A program made the position numbers and the translations under genes. From the NCBI GenBank assembly GCA_977016875.1, contig CDRNST010000085.1:2852001-2916000 (forward strand): a stretch of DNA of 64,000 bases, read 5' to 3'. Each line of letters opens with the position of its first letter. Position 1 is the stretch's first letter. Below, in pieces: positions 10,901 to 24,300 of this stretch. The notes under the pieces are model-generated. The model was given only the letters and a program-made list of their open reading frames with translations, was not told where the DNA came from and did not search any database. Source of the DNA: Pavona decussata (lineage: Eukaryota).

Positions 10901-13900
10901 CAGATCAAAATTTTACTTCTGTGAATAAACATGCGACGTTGGATGGTGTTGTTTATTTCTTTTCATTTGGGTTTAAAAAGCTTCTGACACTGTTCAAGGA
11001 CCACTTATAATATTTTTTGTGTTGAACACGTACCATGGTACAGCGGATACAACTTTTTTCTTGAAGGTAAACGAAAAAGAGTGATTATAAATTCGATGAA
11101 GAGAAATTTACTTAAAAGACTTTCTTAGGTGTGAAAGCGGCCAAGGTAATTAACAATGAGCTTAACTTCCAATAAATTATGGCATTTTCAAAGCAAAAGA
11201 ATCTGTTTCTTTTCTGATGTCTCTTATCTCTAGAAAAAAATGCTCCAAGAGCGCTGCTGCGTTCTCTTTCATGGCTCTCTTTCATGGCTCAGGTTTGTCA
11301 ATTTGATCTTCTTGTCGTAGCGCCGAACGGCAGACTCGGTAATTTTTACAGTATTCTTCGCCGCTTGTTTTCTTTTAAAGTTCTAAATCTCCACAGCATC
11401 TAAACTAGGATAACAATGCTCTGTTTTCGTTTTTTGGTACTAGTACGGACAGTGACGTCATAACCAAAATTTTTCGCATACATAGGTTTAGCAAAATCTC
11501 TTATCAACGGGACTCCGCGTGCGCGCCTTCGGCGCGCGGAGCTACGCTAAAAAACAGGCGAAATTTATCACATCGAAAGTTTATTTTATATCTTGACAAC
11601 CATTTACAGCAATATGGCTTACAATATCTCATTTTTAAGTGTATAAAATAGGCTTCTCAGAAAAAAAACAACAAATACCATCATAGAAACTCATCACTTT
11701 TATAAAAAAAATCTTATAATAACAAAAATTAACCAAAACATTTTATTACATCTGAGGAAAATGTGTTTTGTTTCAAAGTGATATGTAATAGAACAAAGAA
11801 TTGAAAAAGAAAATGATTCCTCTCGTGTTAGCAACATTTCCTGAAAATTTGGCTGGAAAAGAAGAAATCTAAAATTAGTTATGATTTGTTTTTTTGCCAT
11901 GCAATCGCATCAAAACACAGTCAAGAAATGCAAAGCTCCATAGGAACATAACAGCTGATCAAATTACGGGACCAATTTCGCTTGGGCAAATAAAAAAGAT
12001 GCTTTCAGCCAAAATTATTGAGCTTTTTACCAACAGATACGAATTCATGATCAATATTCAAGAACTAGACGAGATATTAAACGCAAAAAAGGTAACCTGA
12101 GGAGTATATCCTCGCATTTCAAAACCATGTGCTCGATGGCGTCGCTTCAGCTCGAAACATGTCAAACGGTTTACCAGAAGATTTAACCGCCCATAACAAT
12201 AATCAGTATTTAATATAATTTAACTAACCTAAAAAGATACAGAACTGAATGCAAGGCTGGCACTACGGCAAAGGGCAGATTTATTAGTGGCCACTAATAA
12301 ATCTGCCCTTTGCCGTAGTGCCAGCCTTGCATTCAGTTCTGTATTTTCCCGTTCAAGTGACGCCTGACACGAGGTCTTTCACGAGAGAGATCCGGCAAAA
12401 TTACCAGCAAGTTTTAATTCCTGCGTTGTGTGGACCTCTGCATTCAAAAGTTTTTCTAAAAAAATAACCTGCAGCAAATCCAATTACGCTCTAAGTCCTT
12501 GAAGCTCACCTCACTGAATGTCAGCACGTTCAAAGTCCTCGAAGCTCGCCTCAACAACGTCAGCAAAACGTCCTTCCATCAACCTCGTTTCCTGGGAATG
12601 AGGTTGGGATCCCATGTGACAAACCGTTCTAATTGACACATTTTTCGCATTCTTATCGTTCTTGGTTGCAGAACAAAATTTTAATTTCCGGTTTCAGTGT
12701 CCCTGTGATAAACGTGGCGCGCACGCGTAATACGCAATCCGCTGGTAACTGTCAAGATTAGGGTTGCAGGNNNNNNNNNNNNNNNNNNNNNNNNNNNNNN
12801 NNNNNNNNNNNNNNNNNNNNNNNNNNNNNNNNNNNNNNNNNNNNNNNNNNNNNNNNNNNNNNNNNNNNNNNNNNNNNNNNNNNNNNNNNNNNNNNNNNNN
12901 NNNNNNNNNNNNNNNNNNNNTTCCGAGCTTGTCGGGGTGGTTTTTTGGGAGGTGTGAAACTGTTTGGGCGTTAAAATCAGTCTTGTTCACCTGGCTTGGT
13001 GTTTTCGAACGCATGAGCGCCATCTCGAAGAGATGACGTCATGAGGCAATTGCCAAATTGGCGAAGTGGATCCCGTGGCGTCGGGTAGAGCTGTGTTCGG
13101 CCTTCGAGTCCGGCCAGGGCAAAGAGCAAATTTCTTTTTCACCTCTTTTTCGAAAATCAACTAAAATAAAAGCTTAAAATTAAATTATAAAAAAAATGAA
13201 AAAAGTTCAAAGCTTTAGAAAATGTTTTTAAAGTTTTAAGAAAATTACATCAAATTTGACGGCATGCGAAAAAAGGTCGAAAAAAAAAATTTTGACATGG
13301 CGAAAAATTGAATGGTCCGTTTTAGATTAGTATGGACCTCATTAACTATGCCCCATTAAATGATTTCGAGTCTTGTAACTCAGCCAGTTTTAGAGGTATT
13401 GGCTGCAAGGGACAAAATGGTTGTTCAACTCCCCCGGAGTAGTGGCTCAAAAATGTTTTCGTCCTCCGTTTCTCGTCTTACTTTCAGTAAAATCTAAGCT
13501 AATAGACCTTTCTCACTCGGCGGCCATTTGAGTCTCAGGAGAATAAAAAGCTTTGTTTTCCACGGCTAGCCTCGCCCACACGTGAATTCAGTGCGAGGCT
13601 TGCCATGGAAAAACAAAGCTTTTATTCTCCTGAGACTCAACATGGCCGCCGAGTGAGAAAGGTCTATAGGCCATTTCCGAGTTGCTGTGAACCTCATTTT
13701 AAAAGCGAGGATAAGTGCTGAGTCTCTTCTGTTTGCATATGAATGAAAAACTAATTTCCATAATTATTATAAGGGCTTTGTACTTAGCCTCACTTTTAAA
13801 ATGAAATTCAAGGCAACTCGACAATAGCCTGTTCAGGTCAAATTAAGTCCTAGCTGGATCTTGTTTCCCGTAGTCAGTGTAAAATAGGTCATTCTGCAGC

Positions 13901-15339
13901 TATAGCGTCCCATTTTTGTTCTACCTAGACATAATCAATAAGAAATTTACCTTATTTGCCAACGAATTTTAGTGACAAATTGCTGTAAGGTGAAAAAAAG
14001 TAAGATGGTCAAATGACCAGGAGTAATTTGGTGAAAGGCTAATGCCCGACCCCCAGGATAGACAGTGTGGGAAAATGCCCCACTAATTCCTTGGAAAATG
14101 GGCACAGCTAGAATTGAATGATGCCTCTCTTTTTCCTGGCCTTCCCTCTTCTTCTGAAGGGAAGCAACACCGAAATTAAATACGCCAAAAGCTCCAACCA
14201 AATTGTACAAAAAATGTAAAAAGCACCGCATGTTTATGTGAAGGAAGTTTATTTCCTGATTTATGGCTGTATTGAAGTATTTTAGCATTTTGACAAAATA
14301 CTAAAAAGTATACAAAGTCTATAAATTGTCACTAGGATCATGCTATTGGATAGTTGTTGGGGATTTCTCTGATCAGGTTCTGACATCAATATTCCTGCAA
14401 AAAATAGCAGTCTTTCCTGGGAGGAGAAGGGGGAAGGGAAGGGCAGGGCAACCTGATCTCAGGTTAAAGACCATGACCCCAAGGTAACAAGGCTTACAAA
14501 AAAGTCTGGGGGAAGGGAGGGGGGCTAAGGGTAAACGTCGGCGTGATGCCGGTCCAAAATGCGGCTGAGGAAAAGCTATATTATTGTATTTTTGGATGAG
14601 TATGCTGACTGAAGGAAACCTTTTTCAGGTCTTTAATTGTCTCAGTTGGGCACGCAATCGACGATCATCATGCTTTATTAACTACCTACTATAAGGGACT
14701 CCTCAACAAAATGATCAAAAGCATAGTAAACAACAGACATTGAAAAGAAAGGTTCATAGCGGATTTTTTTCTTCATACAGATATCGATGAATGTTTGAGC
14801 TCAAACACGAACAATTGTCACGAGGATGCAGATTGTAGCAACACCGATGGGTCCTACAAATGCACTTGCCAAAGTGGCTTCAGTGGAGATGGTATTGTGT
14901 GCAAAGGTATATATCGTTAAGAGACGAAATTTGAACCATAAACGTAAATTTAACTGGAATATTTAATCAGTCGGCGACTTGTCTTAAGGACGGTGCCTAC
15001 TAATATCGAAGTATTTTTGCGCAGTTTATGACTGTGCGGGAAAAGCAGATCTTAGCAAGGGCTATGGAAATCCAAAAAGAAAATTGGGGGTAACCACGCA
15101 TTTTTTTAAAGATGATTAAGCAACAACTATTCTAAAAAACAGTAGATTACAAAGAAATGTATGGCGTTTTTTTCCAAATTGAAGCTTTATTATCCCTAAA
15201 AAAATGTATGGCTACCCCTAATTTCCTTTTTGGATACCAAAAGCACTTGCTATAAGTTTTGCTTTACCCGAATAGTTTTAAACAGCGCAAAAATATCCCT
15301 GTGTTAGTAACCACCAGCCATAGGAAACCCGAGTATCAC

Positions 15340-15378
<39 letters not shown>

Positions 15379-18300
15379 TCGTCCTTAAATCACTCTTTAT
15401 GACTGGCTACTAAATGAATCTCATGATCATAAACATCTGAGGTCCAACTAGATGTTGCAGGGAGTTTTAATCCTCCAGGGTCAGGGCAAGGTACTGTCTT
15501 AGATAAGCTACCTAAATATATGGTTTTTTAGCCGTTTTGGTCTGAAAAAGGTTACAGATTTTAACCATTTTGGCCTGAAAGTCTGAAAACGGGTATAGAT
15601 ATATTCTGAGGACCAGGTCTGAAAACCGATAAGAACGTTAGAGGCCAGGGGCCCCTTTGACGAAAGTCTCGGTAACTTACCGGACCCGATAAGTGTCTTT
15701 GGTGATCAATGTTTCTTAACAGAAGTCAAATTTGTTAGTTTTGGATACTAAATTTTAAAATCTTACAATTCCATGAAAACATATGCCTGTAATCACAGTG
15801 TAATTGATAAAAAAAAAACATTATAAAAGATACTTACCGGGACTTTCGAGAAACGGGTCCCACGTACCCAATGGTACCAGAAAAGCGCATAGTTTGGTCT
15901 GAGATAAGATCAGGGTTGGAAAACCAAGCCACACAAAAAAATCCGAGGAAAACCCCCTCCCCTGGCTTTAAACATGACATTACTTCAAAATGCAGAATTT
16001 CGTATGTTTTGTTTGTCATCAGATAACTAAACGCAATTTGGCCACCTTACTGTGTACAGTGTACGGTGGCCAAATTACCTTTAGTTATCAACTCTGTTGA
16101 TACAAGGAGTCATTAGGTTCCGCTCCCCACCGACGCCGCACCACAGTTTCTCTAGAAACTAAACCCCTTATGCATAATTGCGTGACTGAGGATCTTAGGA
16201 TGACGAAAGTTGATTAAACTGAAACATGAGTGATGAGCAGATGCTTATTTGCCAGACAAACTGTTTGCAAACAAAATGAATGTTCACAATATCAGAAACC
16301 ACCAGGAAGTACTTTAAGATAAGGTTATTCGCTTTTATTTTATGTAGATATCAATGAATGCCGAAACACGAATAACTGCCACCACGATGCAGATTGTAAA
16401 AACATTAAGGGGTCATATAACTGCACTTGTCGTAATGGGTTTACTGGAAATGGTACTACTTGTAACGGTACGTATAACCACAGTCGCAGAGATCGACGAA
16501 TGCACAAAGGCAATTAAAACTGCTCTTCATTTCTTAACTGATTTCAGGGCGCGAAACGTATGTGCTGCCAATTAATTGTACTCGTATCGCCATCTGTTTA
16601 GTACATCTGCCTCCATAAGTACGTATCAGTACAACCCACAGTTAATGTTTGAAGGACTCGAACCCATTTAAGTAGCAATTCTTGAAGGAAAAATGACGAA
16701 AACCTACTCAAACTACAAGTACCACCTCAAAAAATGTTCATAATGTCCTTTCATTAGCCCCATTTATTTCACGATACGTTTGAACAATCAAACCGTTCCT
16801 TAATAATAGAGTCAACAATATCAAACTTAATTGTAATTTTTCACAAAATGTATTCTGAAAAGATTTAGTAGAATATCAGTTTTTCGACGTGTGTTAATGT
16901 CTCCACGTTAAGGGAGATGTTGTTCTGAATTTGAATTTCCTTACCTTTTATTAGAAAGGTTCACTTTATGTTCATGACTTTTATATTTTACACCATTTAA
17001 GAGTTTCTTTATTCTTTTGATTACTTTCTGGAAAAGTGGCTAGTTCTCGTAGAAAAGGAGAGATCTCGGAGATTGCGGATGCAGGACGGCGGCTTTGCAA
17101 AAAACAAAACATCACCACTAAGGTCTCATGCCTTATGACGTCATCGTCTCATTCTGCGGACCTGAAAGGAATATATGTTGGGTGTATTGTAATCCCTCAA
17201 TAAAAAGCGTTCTCTTTTTAACGATGACAGTGGTGCATACGACATTGGGTACATGGGTGTTAATCTGTACTGAGCCACAATTTAAATTCAAATCATCATG
17301 TTCAGTCAATAGAGGAAATTCACTGATAATGATACAAAATGAAAGAAAATTAAGGTATAAATAATAACCAACACTAAGGATCACAGGGCCTATTTCCACT
17401 TTTATCTTGGTAATTTGTTAGTTTGCATGGCAAAAATAAATCACTAAATTACAAACAAGGAGAATGACTTTTTATAACCAACCTATCTTCTTCCAGATGT
17501 TGATGAATGCAATACACCTGGTGCCAATAACTGCTCATCAAACGCAACTTGTGTTAATAAACCTGGATCGTTTAAATGTCTCTGTAAACCCGGGTACGCT
17601 GGAAATGGCGTGAATTGCACTGGTGAGTAATAATAACAACCGCTTTTAGAGAAAGAAGTTAAGCTAAAGAAGTAAGGAAAAAGGTTTTTTGACATTTCGC
17701 GCTCTTTCATAGAGATCGAAGAATGCCCTACGGCAAGTAAAGACGGCTTATTGCCGTACTGCCGATATACTCTGTGCAGAAAAAGATCGCGGCTGTGAAT
17801 TTTACCACCATGCGAACCTAACACAGCCATTAGCACATAGATAGCCGTATTTAATTTTTGGGAAATTTGTCCCTGTACTACCAACGTTGTGCATGGTAGG
17901 TTTGAAATTTTGAAAATTTTTCTTTCCGTTTTTATGAGTGTTTTAAGGGTTAGGGTTCATACGCTTGGAATTATGGATTAATCTTAAAGTCGCCACCTTT
18001 TTCGGTACGGTAGCATGGATTAATTCTTGGTTTTTTTTTTTTTTTTTTAATTTTCGAAGATACCTATGACACGAAGTCGTTTACCGCTGGGTTCTAAAAT
18101 AAAAAGAACTTAATTAAACTAAAACTAAAGACTAGCTACGATATAGAAATAGAACAAAACCATTAAATAAACAAATAAATAAATAAATACATCAATAAAT
18201 TAACTAATTAATCAATTGTTTTCCCTGCCATTTTCTTCGTTTTTTTTTTTCGACTTTATTTCTTTGTAATTTATTACTTTGCATGCCAAAGCTAAATTGC

Positions 18301-21300
18301 AAACACTGAGCAATGATAACCAACTGATTTTCTTCCAGATGTAGATGAATGCAGTACACCCGGTGCCAATAACTGCTCGTCAAGCGCAACCTGTGTTAAT
18401 AAACCTGGATCGTTTGAATGTCTCTGCAGTAAACCTGGGTACGCTGGAAATGGTATGAATTGCACTGGTGAGTAATAATAACAACCGCTTTTAGAGGAAA
18501 AAGGGAAACTAAAGAAAGCAGGAAATTTTTTTGGGCTTGGTTATGTTGTCATTGTCCGTCCGTCCGCATGCAGTATCACAGGAAAACCAATGGTAATTGT
18601 ACACACAGTGAACGCAACAAATTCACGTATTCGTTGAATAAATCAACTAATGTGGAAATAAGAAAAAGAGAGAGAGAGAGAAAGAAAACGAGAAAGCAGG
18701 CGTGAAACCTGGCCAAGAAAAAAATTGGCCAAGTACCATGCCTGTAATCACGGTGTAATTGGTAAAAAAAAAAAAACTATAAAAGACACTTACCGGGACT
18801 TTCGAGAAATGGGTCCCACGTACCCAATGGTACCAGAAAAGTGCATAGTTTAGTCTGAGATAAGGTCAGGGTTAGAAAACCAAACCACACAAAAAAATCC
18901 AATGAAATCCCCTCCCCTTGCTTTAAACATGTAACATTACTTCAAAATGCAGAATTTCGTATGTCTTGTTTTGTCATCAGATCTTTTTACCGATGACAGT
19001 GGTACATGCGACATTGGGTGCATGGGTGTTAATCTGTACTGATCTACCATTTAAATTCAAATCATCTGTTCAGTCAATGGAGGAAATTCACAGATAATGA
19101 TCCAAAAGGAAAGAAAATTAACGGATACATGATCACCAACACTAAGGATCACAGGGCCACGAAAGGAAATAAAACTGATGTCAGCAATTAACGGGTACTT
19201 CACAAACAAATCACTACTTTTGCTTGCTCTAGATATCGATGAATGCACAAGTGTCAACATGAACAACTGCCACCAGCATGCCGATTCTAACAACCAGACA
19301 CGCTGCTGTCTGTCTGTGATGAACTTTTTTAGTTTCCTTTTTAATAAAAAGGGACCACTGTAATAGGCCTTAGCTGTATTTTGTTCCCACTCTTTTCGCT
19401 TCTTTTTTCCACTTTGTATCTTTGTAACTTATTAGTTTGCATGGCAAAAATAAATGACTAATTTAAAAACAAGGAGAATGACTAATTATAACCAACTGAT
19501 TTTCTTCCAGATTTAGATGAATGCAATACGCCTGGTGCCAATAACTGCTCATCAAACGCAACTTGTGTTAATAAACCTGGATCGTTTAAATGTCTCTGTA
19601 AACCTGGGTACGCTGGAAATGGCGTGAATTGCACTGGTGAGTAATAATAACAACCGCTTTTAGAGGAAGAAGTTAAGCTAAAGAAGTAAGGAAAAAAGTT
19701 TTTTGACATTTCGCACTCTTTCATAGAGATCGAAGAATGCTCTACGGCAAGTAAAGACGACTTATTGCCGGACTGCCAATATACTCTGTGCAGAAAAAGA
19801 TCGCGGCTGTGAATTTTACCACTATACCATGCGAACCTAACACAGCCATTAGCACATAGATAGCAATATTTAATGTTTGGAAAATTTGTCCCTGAACTAC
19901 CAACGTTGTGCATGGTAGGTTTGAAATTTGCAGAATTTTTCTTTCCGTTTTTATGAGTGTTTTAAGGGTTAGGGTTCATACGCTTGGAATTATGGATTAC
20001 TCTTAAAGTCGCCACCTTTTTCGGTACGGTGGCATGGATTAATTCTTTTTTTTTTTTTTTTTTTTTCTAATTTTCGAAGATACCTATGATACGAAGTCGT
20101 TTACCGCTGGGTTCTAGAATAAAAAGAACTTAATTAAACTAAAACTAAAGACTAGCTACGATATAGAAATAGAACAAAACCATTAAATAGACAAATAAAT
20201 AAATAAATACATCAATAAATTAACTAATTAATCAGTTGTTTTCCCTGCCATTTTCTTCGTTATTTTTTTTTTCGACTTTATTTCTTTGTAAATTATTAGT
20301 TTGCATGCCAAAGCTAAATTGCAAACACTGAGCAATGATAACCAACTGATGTTCTTCCAGATGTAGATGAATGCAATACACCCGGTGCCAATAACTGCTC
20401 GTCAAGCGCAACCTGTGTTAATAAACCTGGATCGTTTGAATGTCTCTGCAGTAAACCTGGGTACGCTGGAAATGGCGTGAATTGCACTGGTGAGTAATAA
20501 TAACAACCGCTTTTAGAGGAAAAAGGGAAACTAAAGAAAGCAGGAAATTTTTTTGGGCTTGGTTATGTTGTCACTGCTCGTCCGTCCGCATGCAGTATCA
20601 CAGGAAAACCAATGGTAATTGTACACACAGTGAACGCAACAAATTCACGTATTCGTTGAATTTGTCAACTAATGTGGAAATAAGAGAAAGAGAGAGAGAG
20701 AAAGAAAACGAGAAAGCAGGGGTGAAACCTGGCCAAGAAAAACATTGGCCAAGTACCATGCCTGTAATCACGATGTAATTGGTTAAAAAAAAAAACACTT
20801 TAAAAGACACTTACCGGGACTTTCGAGAAACGCGTCCCACGTACCCAATGGTACCAGAAAAGTGCATAGTTTGGACTGAGATAAGGTCAGGGTTAGAAAA
20901 CCAAACCACACAAAAAAAATCCGAGGAAAATCCCCTCCCCTTGCTTTAAACATATAACATTACTTCAAAATGCACAATTTCGTATGTCTTGTTTTGTCAT
21001 CAGATCTTTTTACCGATGACAGTGGTACATGCGACATTGAGTGCATGGGTGTTAATCTGTACTGACCTACCATTTAAATTCAAATCATCTGTTCAGTCAA
21101 TAGAGGAAATTCACTGATAATGATCCAAAAGGAAAGAAAGTTAAGGTATACATGATCACCAACACTAAGGATCACAAGGCCACGAAAGGAAATAAAACTG
21201 ATATCAGCAATTAACGGGTACTTCACAAACAAATCACTACTTTTGCTTGCTCTAGATATCGATGAATGCACAAGTGTCAACATGAACAACTGCCACCAGC

Positions 21301-24300
21301 ATGCCGATTCTAACAACCAGACACGCTGCTGTCTGTCTGTGATGAACTTTTTTAGTTTCTTTTTTAATAAAAAGGGACCACTGTAATTGGCTGTAGCTGT
21401 ATTTTGTTCCCACTCTTTTCGCTTCTTTTTTCCACTTTGTATCTTTGTAACTTGTTAGTTTGCATGGCAAAAATAAATGACTAATTTAAAAACAAGGAGA
21501 ATGACTAATTATAACCAACTGATTTTCTTCCAGATTTAGATGAATGCAATACACCTGGTGCCAATAACTGCTCATCAAACGCAACTTGTGTTAATAAACC
21601 TGGATCGTTTAAATGTCTCTGTAAACCTGGGTACGCTGGAAATGGCGTGAATTGCACTGGTGAGTAATAATAACAACCGCTTTTAGAGGAAGAAGTTAAG
21701 CTAAAGAAGTAAGGAAAAAAGTTTTTTGACATTTCGCACTCTTTCATAGAGATCGAAGAATGCTCTACGGCAAGTAAAGACGACTTATTGCCGGACTGCC
21801 AATATGCTCTGTGCAGAAAAAGATCGCGGCTGTGAATTTTACCACTATACCATGCGAACCTAACACAGCCATTAACACATAGATAGCAATATTTAATGTT
21901 TGGAAAATTTGTCCCTGTACTACCAACGTTGTGCATGGTAGGTTTGAAATTTGCAGAATTTTTCTTTCCGTTTTTATGAGTGTTTTAAGGGTTAGGGTTC
22001 ATACGCTTGGAACTATGGATTCATCTTAAAGTCGCCACCTTTTTTGATACGGTGGCATGGATTAATTCTTGTTTTTTTTTTTTTTTTCTAATTTTCGAAG
22101 ATACCTATGATACGAAGTCGTTTACCGCTGGGTTCTAGAATAAAAAGAACTTAATTAAACTAAAACTAAAGACTAGCTACGATATAGAAATAGAAAAAAA
22201 CCATTAAATAGACAAATAAATAAATAAATACATCAATAAATTAACTAATTAATCAGTTGTTTTCCCTGCCATTTTCTTCGTTTTTTTTTTTTTTTCGACT
22301 TTATTTCTTTGTAAATTATTAGTTTGCATGCCAAAGCTAAATTGCAAACACTGAGCAATGATAACCAACTGATTTTCTTCCAGATGTAGATGAATGCAAT
22401 ACACCCCGTGCCAATAACTGCTCGTCAAGGGCAACCTGTGTTAATAAACCTGGATCGCTTGAATGTCTCTGTAAACCTGGGTACGCTGGAAATGGCGTGA
22501 ATTGCACTGGTGAGTAATAATAACAACCGCTTTTAGAGGAAAAAGGGAAACTAAAGAAAGCAGGAAATTTTTTTGGGCTTGGTTATGTTGTCACTGTCCG
22601 TCCGTCCGCATGCAGTATCACAGGAAAACCAATGTTAATTGTACACACAATGAACGCAACAAATTCACGTATTCGTTGAATATGTCAACTAATGTGGAAA
22701 CAAGAGAAAGAGAGAGAGAGAAAGAAAATGATAAAGCTGGCCAAGAAAAACATTGGCCAAGTACCATGCCTGTAATCACGATGTAATTGGTTAAAAAAAA
22801 AATTTATAAAAGACACTTACCGGGACTTTTGAGAAATGGGTCCTACGTACCCAATGGTACCAGAAAAGTGCATAGTTTGGACTGAGATAAGGTCAGGGTT
22901 AGAAAACCAAACCACACAAAAAAATCTGAGGAAAATCCCCTCCCCTTGCTTTCAACATATAACATTACTTCAAAATGCAGAATTTTGTATGTCTTGTTTT
23001 GTCATCAGATCTTTTTACCGATGACAGTGGTACATGCAACATTGGGTGCATGGGTGTTAATCTGTTCTGAGCTACCATTTAAATTCAAATTATCTGTTCA
23101 GTCAATGGAGGAAATTCACTGATAATGATCCAAAAGGAAAGAAAGTTAAGGTATACATGATTACCAACACTAGGGATCACAGGGCCACGAAAGGAAATAA
23201 AACTGATATCAGCAATTAACGGGTACTTCACAAACAAATCACTACTTTTGCTTGCTCTAGATATCGATGATACACAAGTGTCAACATGAACAACTGCCAC
23301 CAGCATGCCGATTCTAACAACCAGACACGCTGCTGTCTGTCTGTGATGAACTTTTTTAGTTTCTTTTTTAATAAAAAGGGACCACTGTAATTGGTTGTAG
23401 CTGTATTTTGTTCCCACTCTTTTCGCTTCTTTTTTCCACTTTGTATCTTTGTTACTTGTTAGTTTGCATGGCAAAAATAAATGACTAATTTAAAAACAAG
23501 GAGAATGACTAATTATAACCAACTGATTTTCTTCCAGATTTAGATGAATGCAATACACCTGGTGCCAATAACTGCTCATCAAACGCAACTTGTGTTAATA
23601 AACCTGGATCGTTTAAATGTCTCTGTAAACCTGGGTACGCTGGAAATGGCGTGAATTGCACTGGTGAGTAATAATAACAACCGCTTTTAGAGGAAGAAGT
23701 TAAGCTAAAGAAGTAAGGAAAAAGGTTTTTTGACATTTCGCGCTCTTTCATAGAGATCGAAGAATGCCCTACGGCAAGTAAAGACGACTTATTGCCGGAC
23801 TGCCAATATACTCTGTGCAGAAAAAGATCGCGGCTGTGAATTTTACCAATATACCATGCGAGCCTAACACAGCCATTAGCACATAGATAGCCGTATTTAA
23901 TTTTTGGAAAATTTGTCCCTGTACTACCAACGTTGTGCATGGTAGGTTTGAAATTTGCAGAATTTTTTTTTCCGTTTTTATGAGTGTTTTAAGGGTTAGG
24001 GTTCATACGCTTGGAATTATGGATTAATCTTAAAGTCGCCACCTTTTTCGGTACAGTGGCATGGATTAATTCTTGTTTTCTTTTTTTTTTTTTTCTAATT
24101 TTCGAAGATACCTATGATACGAAGTCGTTTACCGCTGGGTTCTAGAATAAAAAGAACTTAATTAAACTAAAACTAAAGACTAGCTACGATATAGAAATAG
24201 AACAAAACCATTAAATAGACAAATAAATAAATAAATACATCAATAAATTAACTAATTAATCAATTGTTTTCCCTGCCATTTTCTTCGTTTTTTTTTTTTT

